Of a stretch of DNA of 64,000 nt, positions 9,978 to 21,010 are shown in pieces; the first letter of the stretch is position 1; every line of letters starts with the position of its first letter. This stretch comes from Syncephalis fuscata S228 (lineage: Eukaryota; Fungi; Zoopagomycota), in contig JAHLTZ010000021.1 of the NCBI GenBank assembly GCA_025786725.1, positions 1 through 64,000 of the forward strand. Reading direction: 5' to 3'. A model generated the notes under the pieces. That model searched no databases and had not been told where the DNA came from. It worked only from the letters and a program-made list of their open reading frames with translations. The translations under genes and the position numbers were made by a program.

Positions 9978-12640
9978 ATGAAGCTTTCTATTGCCGTCGT
10001 TTGCACCATTGTCGTTGCGCTTGTGGCCGTTACAACCATGGTGGATGCTAAACCAGCTTTAGTTCGTCGTGGTATGTTGCAATAACAATAAATATAACAG
10101 CATTTGTTTATTAACAGTATTTCTAAATAATAATTAAATAGATCGTAAGTTATATTGTATGTTAACTATTTACCCACTACTTATATACCATGTACTGTGT
10201 TTATAAACAACTAAATATCAATAGCTAGTAGGTTGCATTATATATTAATAGAACATACACTAATTATGTGTTATATTCTATCTATCAACAACTTAATATT
10301 AGTTCAATGCAAGTTGTATTGTATATTAATTTATTACTCACTAATTGCATGTTATGCGCCATGTGTACCAACAACTAATACTAATAGGCGGTAAGTAATA
10401 TTGTATATTGATGGCTTATAAATTAATTATATACCATGTATTGTGTATATCAACAATTTAATATTAATAGCTGGTAAGTCGTACTGTATATTAACTTACT
10501 ATGCGCTAATTGTATACTATGCACCGTGTATATCAATAACAATATAATAGCATGTAAGTTGTATTGTATATTAGTTGAGCATTATTTAACTGTATATTGT
10601 GTATTATATGTATCAATAACTTGATAATAATAGGCGGTAAGTAGCAATATATATTGCTGACATAAATTAATTGTGTGTCATGCACTGTGCGTATCAATAA
10701 TTTGATGGAATAGTTGGCAAGTAACATTACATATTCACTGATTATACACTAATTATATCCATGCATTGCGTGTTTCAATAACTTAATATTAATAGAAAGT
10801 AAGTTGTATCGTATACTAGCTAATTACTTACTAATTATATCCATGTATTGCGTGCATCAACAAATATTAATAGACTGTAAGTAGCATTGTATATTGGTTG
10901 ACTATGCATTAACTATGCTATTTACTGATTGTATCGATTATTTAATATTAATAGGCAGTAAGTGGTATTTTATATTAACTGCCTATATATTAACTGCTAT
11001 TTATTGATTGTACCAATTGTTTAATATTAATAGAGAGTAAGCAATATTGTATATTAACTGACTATATATTAACTGCTATTTACTAATTGTACCAAATATT
11101 TAATACTAATAGAAAGTAAGTTGTATCGTGTATTAACTGACTATATATTAACTGCTATTTACTAATTGTACCAATTGTTTAATATTAATAGCTGGTAAGT
11201 AGTATTGTATAACAATGAACTATACATTAATCACATTTTATTGATTGATTGACCGATTATTTGATACTAATAGGCAGTAAGTAGTATTATATATTAATTA
11301 ACTGTACATTGACTTTGATATTTACTGATAATATTAATTATTTAATATTAATAGGCAGTAAGTAGTATTATATATTAATTAACTGTACATTAACTATGAA
11401 TTTATTGATAATATTAATTATTTAATATTAATAGTGGTAAGTATTATTGCATTTTAATTAACTATACATTACTTATACTATTTACTGACGATATTTATAA
11501 TATTAATAGAGAGTAAGCAATATTGTATATTAACTGACTATACATTAACTATACTATTTACTAATCGTATTAATTATTTAATATTAATAGAATGTAAGTA
11601 ATATTATATATTAACTGAGTATATATAAATTGTGCTATTTACTAATTGTACCGATTATTTAATATTAATAGGTCGTAAGTTGTATTATATATTAATTAAC
11701 TATGCATTAGCTATAATATTTACTGATTGTATCAATTATTTAATATTAATAGGTCGTAAGTTGTATTGTGTATTAGCTGACTATACACTAACTATGCTAT
11801 TTACTAATGTATCAATTGTTTAATATTAATAGATGGTAAGTAGTGTTGTGTATTAGCTGACTATACACTAACTATGCTATTTACTAACTGTATCAATTGT
11901 TTAATATTGATAGATTGTAAGTATATTGTATATTAACTGAATATACATTAATTATGCCATTTACTGCTTGTACTGGTTATTTAATATTAATAGGCAGTAA
12001 GTAGTATTGTATATTAACTGATTACTCACTAATCACATCCTATTTACTAACTGTATTAATTGTTTAATATTAATAGATCGTAAGTGATATTGTATATTAA
12101 CTGAATATACATTAATTATGCCATTTACTAACTGTATCAATTATTTAATATTAATAGGATGTAAGTAATATTATATATTAACTGAGTATATATTAATTAT
12201 GTTATTTACTGATTGTACCGATTATTTAATATTAATAGATGGTAAGTGGTATTATATATTAATTAACTATGCATTAACTAAGCTATTTACTGATGATACC
12301 GCTTATTTAATATTAATAGTGGGTAAGTAATATTATATATTAACTGACTATACATTAACTAAGCTATTTATTGATAATATTAATTATTTAATATTAATAG
12401 GGGGTAAGTGGTATTGTATATTAACTGACTATACACTAATTATACTACTTACTGATAATATTAATTATGTAATATTAATAGATTGTAAGTGATATTGTAT
12501 ATCAATTGACTATGCACTAATCGCATGTTATTTATTATGTGTATCTATAACTTAATATTAATAGGCGGTAAGTAACATTATATATTAATTGGCTATGCAT
12601 TAATTATACGACACGTAATTTTTTTGTAAATACAGAATAA
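9978..12640 (+). CDS. Secreted six-cysteine peptide precursor (~64 aa) encoded by 33 exons, 31 of them micro-exons (mostly 3 nt)
   Basis: Exon 1 (9978-10071) encodes MKLSIAVVCTIVVALVAVTTMVDAKPALVRR plus one G, then GTATGT. Micro-exon starts: atc10142 cta10225 ttcaat10303 gcg10388 ctg10471 cat10551 gcg10634 ttg10714 aaa10796 act10874 gca10955 aga11034 aaa11113 ctg11192 gca11274 gca11355 tg11435 aga11510 aat11591 gtc11672 gtc11753 atg11833 att11914 gca11994 atc12077 gat12158 atg12239 tgg12320 ggg12401 att12482 gcg12565. The last exon starts at 12636 (CAG|AATAA). Joined, with one G restored at 11435-11436, the mature peptide is DPIQCAACVENCKKTGSMEKCRHDCNRYVGDCE*. Confidence 0.85.
10142..12600 (+). 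repeat. Tandem array of ~31 units of ~81 bp (3-nt variable exon + ~78-nt intron)
   Basis: Consensus by eye: NNN-GTAAGTAGTATTGTATATTAACTGACTATACATTAACTATGCTATTTACTGATTGTATCAATTATTTAATATTAATAG. Spacing is exactly 81 nt across 12077/12158/12239/12320/12401/12482. Confidence 0.97.
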
Positions 12641-13589
12641 TCGATGGTTTCAAGACATCAGCATTGGTAGTGTAATTGAACCACTATTCCAATACACTTT
12701 AGGTATATATTCGGTGAAAAGCAAGACCATTTGACAACTACGCCGTCCAGTCTATTATATATCAAGTTTTGGCCAATGCTCCGGTTTATCAGTCTTTAAT
12801 CAATGGAATCATCATTTTATTAACAAGATTGCATCTAGTTGTTTCTATTCAACTGTGCAAGCTTATAGTAATAAACCTATGGTTCCATCTTAATTATATA
12901 CAATCAAATTGCTATATCTATAATCACGTTCTATTTACATTCAATAATTGACAACTATTAATCAAATAGTTAAATTAACAAAATGTATATGATCATATCA
13001 CCTAAGCTATAGGCATAGATTGATATGAATAGTAGCAAAGCTATCATTATCATATAGCCAAATAATATTATGCTGAAATTAAAATAAAAACGCTTTTTAA
13101 TAGAACATGGCAATAAAGCATAGGATATTATAATATAAAATAAATAAGCGAATTAGATACGTGAATAGTGATAGTGAAACTATACTGTATGCAATTGGCC
13201 AAGAGTAATGAACTAAATGAATCAAAATACACTAAAAGAATACAGTTAGCAATGAGCTTTTAGCCTTTGTTAGTATAATTTTTACAATTTACAATATTAA
13301 TGGTATAGATGGTCATATAGTACAAATATACAGGATAGCTATGCACAGTACAATAATAATGATAAATAAATAGCTTAATAACCAATGACACTCAGCAGCC
13401 AGTTTTATCTTCAATAAAGCGAATATTTCGTTTAAATGTGTGGCTATTATAGCTATTTAACTGCCAAGTCACATTATACAATCAATAGTGTGCTTAATAT
13501 TATCAAAAAAGTTATCTTTATTTAGTTAATAAAAATATAAGATTTAATACAAGTCAAGTGGATTAAATGATCCGTCACAGCACCCTTTT

Positions 13590-14480
13590 AAGCTTCTTTT
13601 GCCATGTTCCACAACTTTTTTAAATTGAAACATTGGAGCGACTACTGCGACATTTAAAAGTAGATGTTACGAGTAGATTGTTATAGTTTATCAATGGCAA
13701 ATGCCATGTTGACGATTTTATTTTGCATATCTTCACTCTTGCTTGATAAACCAACTAATTAATTTAAGTTGATCAAAGCAATAATACTTTTATGCAACTC
13801 GAAATTGTTTAATTGCTAAATCTGATATCTGAAATGCTCTAAATAAGCCAATCTAATCTTATTTGTTGGTTAAATTTTTTTTGCTTGCATTAAAATTTAT
13901 TTATTTATTTTAATGTTTGTTTCATTAGTTGTTTGTTTTTATTTTTCAATAAAGACATTTATTTTAACATTAATTACTATTCCAACATTATTATTCTAAT
14001 TTTTACAGAGCATGTTGTTTATTGTATTTTTTGAGTTGCATTTGCTACAATTAACTAAACTATGTAAATAAACAAAGTTTTAAATTAAAATTGTTGCATT
14101 TATTGTAATTAAATTTTTCCCATCAGGCAATTTAGCTTTGTAACTTTTATTATTCAATAATATTATAACTACATAATACTGTTACTCAAATAATAAAAAT
14201 GCCTTTTATAATCCAATTCATTTAGCTTATATCAGAAGCTATACAATTACAATGTTTGTTATAGATATGATAATTTAAGCTATTTTTATAAGTTATTTAA
14301 TAATAATAATATTGTTTATTAAACTGATATTAAACATTTAATTAAGCTACTATTTCTATTTTTTTCTTTTTTAATTACTTGTCCAGAGTTAGAACATTTT
14401 ATCACTGATGTTGTAACAATGTCATTCTTTCTTATTAAATCAAAAGCATACCAAACATTGTAGTAAAAAATAATTGCATC
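13590..14480 (-). mobile_element. Highly decayed hAT-superfamily transposase relic
   Basis: Minus-strand fragments occur in hAT order. First a BED-finger-like VWYAFDLIRK...KCSNSGQVIKKEKNRNSSLIKCL (~14331-14456), then CIASDIS*MNWI (~14210-14250, resembling the WIAxDxxP motif), then SEDMQNKIVNMAFAIDKL*QSTR...KKLWNMAKE (~13595-13740). Many stops; no TIRs found. Confidence 0.5.
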
Positions 14481-15924
14481 TGTTGAGCTATTACAATTGC
14501 TAGTGTATACTAAATAATTAATTATATACTTGTACATCTGTTGATTTTACATTTAAGAATGTAGTAATATTATTTGCAATTGCCAATAAGCTTAAACTTA
14601 TCAAAGGCAACCTCCAGTTTTTCAATAGTGGTAAATTTAGATTTTTTAAATTGATGTATTTTGGTAAATTCCTTATTAATATTTAAGTAATATATGTTTT
14701 AGTATCATCTTTTATTTAAAAATACTAATTTTATACGGACAATAAACTTTATTTATCTTTGGTTATTTATATATATTTTTTAATTATAATGTTAAAAGTT
14801 AATTATGCTAATTGATTATTAGAAAAAAAGTAGTTGATTGCTTAATTTATAATACTATAACAATTACATAAAAATTTCGTAATTAAACATGTGTGAGACA
14901 TGCATACGAGATTTACAATACCACTCACTATTAGTTTTATTATTAGTATCTAGTAGTAAAAATTTAATAAACAATATGTCTTTCTGTCCAAAATCCATCA
15001 CTGTTTCCATTATTTACAAATATTCCAAATTGACTGAATATCAATCTCAGCAGAATTCTACAACATTACATAAGTTGACTAGAAGAAGCTCCACTTTAAT
15101 TAACACAGTATCAAATCACCTATGGCGATGATAGATTTGTTGACATCACAGACAATATTATTATTGTTGAATACGCTTGTCATAAGTGCATGAGCAATAA
15201 ATACATAATATTTGTATGATTGAGTAATTAACCACATATAATACTAACTGTAGTGTGTTTATTTTAGTTGCACACTTTGTTTAGATTAAATTATTTTAGC
15301 TTGTAATTGTCAGTGTTTGAATTTATACTTGGTCAATATTGCCATCACACGATCAAGCACTAGTTCAAATTATTTAACAATCTAACATTTATATTCACTT
15401 AGCATATAAACAATGACAATGTAAATTACCATTTTATTGTTAGTAAAATATTAACATTGCTATTATTTGCACCAAATGCTTTATTAATCAAATAAACAAC
15501 GTCTCGCATTCAATTACTACTTATTTTATTTACTTATAATATTAATTTATTATTAAAATTATAATATTATACTCATAAATAGTAAATGGCAATACTATTA
15601 AAGTATGCATAAGTATTAATCAATAATATGGTTCAGCTGATAACGCTCAATGAATAGATTTATAAAACATGCTACTTAATTGTCAAATAATTCAAAAACA
15701 TTATATATTCAATACCATCTTTCAAGCTCAAATGGAAAATAGTACCCAGTATTATTCATGGTTTTTTATTAAGTTTAGTATTATGTGGCATTGTATATCT
15801 TGTTAGGTAAAAGAAAATAGTTAAATAGCATTAAAGTCATCCAAAAAACTATTTTGTCATTGACCGACACATTTAAATTAAAATAATATTTGTTTGGTGT
15901 TTATTCAATGGACAATTGGAATAA

Positions 15925-16422
15925 ACAGTAGCAGTGCTTTAGACCACTATGAGTTTATTCATAAATAACGATTGGCCATTAAAAACCTCGCCATCTTTTA
16001 GATAATGATACGCGACTGTTTCAGATCCATTAGGGTGAGATACGCGTAACTACGACGCCTTCTTCAAGCGTAAGTTTAATAATGGCCCCGCTATCAATCT
16101 CATGGCGTTTCCAGTCCGGATAGTGTTTAAACGAATACTCTTCGTCGATTACTGGTGTGTCTGAAGTATGTGTAAGATCTGTATTAAAATCTGGTTTGGT
16201 TTGTAATGAGAAATACTTGGGCTCTTTAGTGTCTAATACAGTATTTGGTATATTATATCCAGAATTTAAATTGGTTTTCGGTTTAATTTCAAGCGAGGAA
16301 ATCTTAGTATCTGGCATCATTACACCGGTGGGTTTATATTCGGCTGTTGGAAGGGCAATTACGTTAGCCATTCCGACTATAACCAAAACAGAAACAATAG
16401 TAATGTATTTAAATAAATACAT
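15925..16422 (-). CDS. Secreted protein (possibly pseudogene), homolog of the repeat family at 51.8-54.5 kb
   Basis: Signal peptide MYLFKYITIVSVLVIVGMANVIA. After WKR, frame-corrected sequence reads ...EEGVVVTRI.HPNGSETVAYHYLKDGEVFNGPIVIYE*THSGLKH, which aligns to ...EQDSMVVTETMHPNGHASSSRRPLNLGEHIEGTITVREWVQDDIKH. Confidence 0.6.
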
Positions 16423-17220
16423 TGTAAATAAGTCTTGCTGCTATTATGATATAAACAAAAGCAAATAGAAAAAGCAAATAAGTTGGCAGAGCAGTTGTAA
16501 AATGTTGGCTAAAGCTTTGAATATTTGAAATTTGGAAAGTTACTGTTTGAATATGAGTGCTGAGATAAAAGCCTATAATATACACAGACTACAATCTATA
16601 GTTGTTGATGGGCCAATAGACTTGAGTATTAAAACAGATAGTGACGTAACAAAGAATTGCACCTTATATTTGCTGCAATAAAATAAAAATTGCATTTTGG
16701 TGTCTAGTTAAATAAAACAGTTCTGTATCAAAAAATATATATTCAGTTTTTATTTTGGAAGATTTATTGTCGTTTTGTAAAACAATCAATTGCGTATTTT
16801 TTATTGTTAAGATATTTGTTTGTAAAAGTAGGTACCAATATTAAAAATTCAAAGAGGATTAGTTTGAGCTGATAAATTGGGTTGCTATTATTTACATTTT
16901 ATTATTCATTTTATTAACCATTGTCTGAACAACAAGACATCAAGTAAAATTATGAAACAAAATCTTGTGTATTTGACTGCATAAATCTATAGTCACATTG
17001 AATGTTATGTAGAAATACTGTTTTAGCATGTTGTACAATTATGCGGCTACTATTAATTTGCAATTCCACTATAAGTTACTGAAAAGGTATTAGTATAAGC
17101 ACTAATGGATTTAAACTACATTGCTCATGGTCTTATAATGCAACGCATTTATTGCTAAGCTATATTTTATTAATTAATTACGCAATTTAATGGTTAAGAT
17201 ATCTATTTACGTCAAATATT

Positions 17221-18910
17221 TTACGAAATATGACACGTTTGATTAAAGTCGCATTGTCCAATATGTGCTTGAGCACTCGAGTAAAACTGCTTCCATGGAC
17301 AAAGTCCATTTGGCCTTTACAACCAGGAAACTCAATTGGCCGCTCGTTAAGCAGAACACGAACAAAGTGTTCGTTATCACTTTCAGCCGACGCTTGGTTT
17401 GTACATTTAAAAAGTTCAAAGTGCATATTAGCAGCAAATGGGATTAGGCGTGAGGCCCGAAGTGCACGATTTTGGCGAAACTCTGGTTTTTCGCTGCTAA
17501 CTCCCTAAGTAAAAAGCAGTTGAGAATTATATTTTAGCAGTTGCTAACTAGCTTACCAAAAGAGTTAATAACAAAAAAATTGTTTCAGCATGACCAAATC
17601 GTAGACGCCAGCGGATAGATAGATTGCCCTGGACTACATCTTGCATTTCATTCACTAACTGAGAAAGCAGTACACAAGAAATACGAGTATTGATTTTTTT
17701 AGCCATGCCGTATTTGTTATAGAACTTGATATCTTTCAAGAAATCGTAAAGTTTAAGCGCCTTTGATTGGACTAAATCTATGTTGGTGTGAGCATTGCTA
17801 TCAGGGTCGGTATTAGAATCGAGTAGTAATTTACACCAACGATCAGCGCGGTTTTCGATTGCGTATTCAAAACCACACGCCATTGCCATGCTGTTATACG
17901 TTGTCTTTGTAATATTGTATCCCATTATTTTAGTTAGTTGATCAATAATGTCGGGCAAATAGCTTTCTAAATAAGGCTTCTTCATATTATCTTCTGCAGT
18001 TTTATTAAGAGATAGCTGTTCCCATAGTGGGCAGGCATGATGTGGAGCAAGCAATCGGTCTTGATTCTAGATAAGCAAATAAATGAGCAAATAAACATAA
18101 ATTCTAGTGCAACTAATAGCTTACAGCAACCGGTATCTGGATTTGTGAAAGCGAAAGATTTTTCCCAGAGAATACAGACGCATAGGCTAATGTAGAATCA
18201 ATACATCTATTGAAAATTAAATGTAAGTAAATGGGTATCAACGTGTTATCACTGTATTAGATGTACCTTTGTTTTACAGAGCTGGCATACCAAGCAAATC
18301 GGTGTCGTGCGGTGGCATCACTATCGTCATCGTATAACGATGTAGTATTATCTCTATTCAGCCATTTTCCGTAGCGGCAGATATCACGATGAGCCAGCTC
18401 TTGAAGATCTAATACTCCCTGCCTAACCAGCTGTTCGGCGTTGGTTCGGTTGTATGGAGATTTCCAATTTTTTAGCCAGTTTGGCCATTGCGATTGTTGA
18501 TTTGATACTAGCTGCTTTTCAAGATCAGCCAACTTCTGCATTTGTGAAATGACGGGATTTCGGGTTCCATGTCGTGAAACCAATTGGAAATGAACCAATT
18601 CACAGTTGTCTGGAACTTTAGCTAAATATGATGCATTAGCAAAACAAACATTGGTTGATGGATGTAAATATGAATTGGCCGTAGGCGGATCATACGGTGC
18701 GATGCTACTAAGTATATCCCTTAGCCTGGATGGCGAATACTGTTCAGCAGCTTTATTACCATAAGGCATAAATATTCCATAACATAGTGGTATTATTATA
18801 AGTAACATGAATGCAGTTAACGCCGCTCGTTTAGCACCCCGTTTAATATAAGACCACGCAGGATCTATTATGACATCCTGGATTAGAAACGGCTGTTGTT
18901 CTTCCTCCAT
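17221..18910 (-). CDS. Histidine acid phosphatase / phytase (MINPP1-like), multi-exon
   Basis: RHGTRNP active-site motif, FGHAET motif, N-terminal TM anchor and GT-AG introns. The C-terminus VRVLLNERPIEFPGCKGPNGLCPW...CHIS* requires one base restored at ~17312. Confidence 0.9.
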
Positions 18911-21010
18911 TATTGGCGTAAAATTGTTGCTGTTTTATAAAATACTATTAAATTGAACTGCGTATGAAGAAATAACAATGACACAATAGCAAGTCATATG
19001 AGCTTGAGGATGGCTTAAAAAGGATTTTATGACGACATACAGGCCTGATACACACGTCGTACCACAGCCTCAAGGCTGCGATAAATATAGCGCCGGTGTA
19101 GTCCTATGCCATACAGATAAGGCGCAAAAGATTCTTGTAAATCTATACACGGTATAATAAAAGATAGTTAGTTTCGATTAGTAGTGGTGCTTGCTTTAAT
19201 GTTTTGGTTTGGTGATTTATGTGGCCATTCTTCCAACAATAATAACATAATGCCAATAAAATACTCTTATAAATTGCTAATAAACTATGCATTTCGTGTA
19301 TTAGATAATGTTGAAAAGAAATTGTAAGGCCATTATTCATTAAAGATAGGCAATATTTTTAAAGTGCTATCATATTTTACGGGAACTGACATAATTTGAC
19401 TAATAAAACCTGGCACAGGAAAATAGTCTAACTGCAGCATGGATCACAATTCGAAAAGCCCTTAACATATTGTGTTCTATCAAAACTAACAGACAATAAT
19501 TTAAAATTGCTGAATTATTATTTCTAAATTCAAACTGTACTATTAAATATAAATATATGTATCTGTGTGTTATAATACTTTATTATAATTAAGTTAATAC
19601 ACTGTTATTTTTCAATAAATTGTTAAAATTACTAATAATCAAATAATTTGGATTTGAGTCTAGATGAATAAATATTTATTATTCACCGGTATTGCCAACA
19701 ACATGTTACAATTTAAAAACTGGCAACGTAATGGCTACGCGTTAATGTCATCCAAATCAACGATGTTGCTATTTAACTTGTAAGCATTTGGTATTAATAT
19801 AATCTTATTGCTTACTAGATACAACACATGGCGCAAATGCAGGCCCACGAATTCGTGCCGTACGATAGTAAAATATCTCAGAACCATAATGTAAAAAGGC
19901 TATAATATAGCTCCAATAGGCAATATCAAAAACACTAGACAAGTTATGTGTGTATTAGTATGTTTTAATCAACGTGTCAAGTGCACTTACGCGCCATTTT
20001 GAATGTGATAGGCAGCGTAGAGTCGAATCAACGCGGATGCAGCTGTCCACGCAGCAAAAAACCGAGACGCTAATGCAGATACTATCCAACCGTTAATCCT
20101 TTATAGTACAATCAAAAATATATATTCACCTTCTGATGGCTGCCCATTATATACACGTGCTGATACTTGGCGGCCCGTAATAAAGCACTGCATTGAATTG
20201 CCGAATGCCGTGACTGATATCAAAAACATCCAAGCGGGCAACAAGCCATGCTGTATAGAAGGTAGCCAGGCAAACATCGTAGAAATAATATAGATTAAAT
20301 GTGGTTACGTCAAGCGGATACAACGTATTTGCGATACCGTGTTGTTATCAGTCTATAAATAATTCATGGTGGCGTGATGTAGACCAGCCAATCATAGACG
20401 AATATCAATAAGAACTCCGATATCCGGAATATTGTGCTATTGCAGCTTTTGTAATAGCTGTAAATAATAAAGTTTCTATATATCTGACCAACACCATACA
20501 CATTTATGGACTTAGTTGTTGTTATCTCGCTTACTTTGTACGCCCGCTTTGCACGAGTAGAATAACAATAGCGACATCCACACCAATTGTATACATGGCA
20601 TAATTGAAGATCAAGTTTCAATGCAAGTCCCCAGATTTCGCCTTTTTTTATTTCAATCTCTTTCTCACCACATTTATCGTATTTCAATTCTTTACAGCTG
20701 CCACTTACTGTCCTCCGCTCATTAGCACAGTAGCTATCCACTCTTTCTTGTTGCTTAGATAGCCCTTATTTATCGCGACTACCACGTGAGCTTAGCTAGC
20801 GTGCACATATTAACGTGAAAACGATAAACAACAAAAAGAGACAAGACAGGTGCGTGGAGATACGCTACCATTTATCCATCTACTTGCTGGCCCGCCTGTC
20901 TATCCGCGTATCTATATATCTATCTGTATACGTGCATTCTTTATTACTACTCTAAACAATAGTGGATATTCACTTGTTGGCGGTCATTGCTTGTTGTTGC
21001 CGCTACGAAT

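Noticed and set aside
10533-11823. Short ORFs 10533-10727 (-) and 11632-11823 (+) within the array
   Set aside because: These are chance read-throughs of intron repeats with non-ATG starts.
10142-12600. CRISPR-like array, or a plain non-coding minisatellite
   Set aside because: The variable part is only 3 nt, there are no cas genes and the context is eukaryotic. The most conserved bases are splice signals, and the triplets translate into a coherent six-Cys peptide between a signal exon and an in-frame stop.
20154-20788. CACGTG E-boxes upstream of the SREBP gene as autoregulatory sites
   Set aside because: Two hexamers in ~2 kb are too weak to call without binding data.
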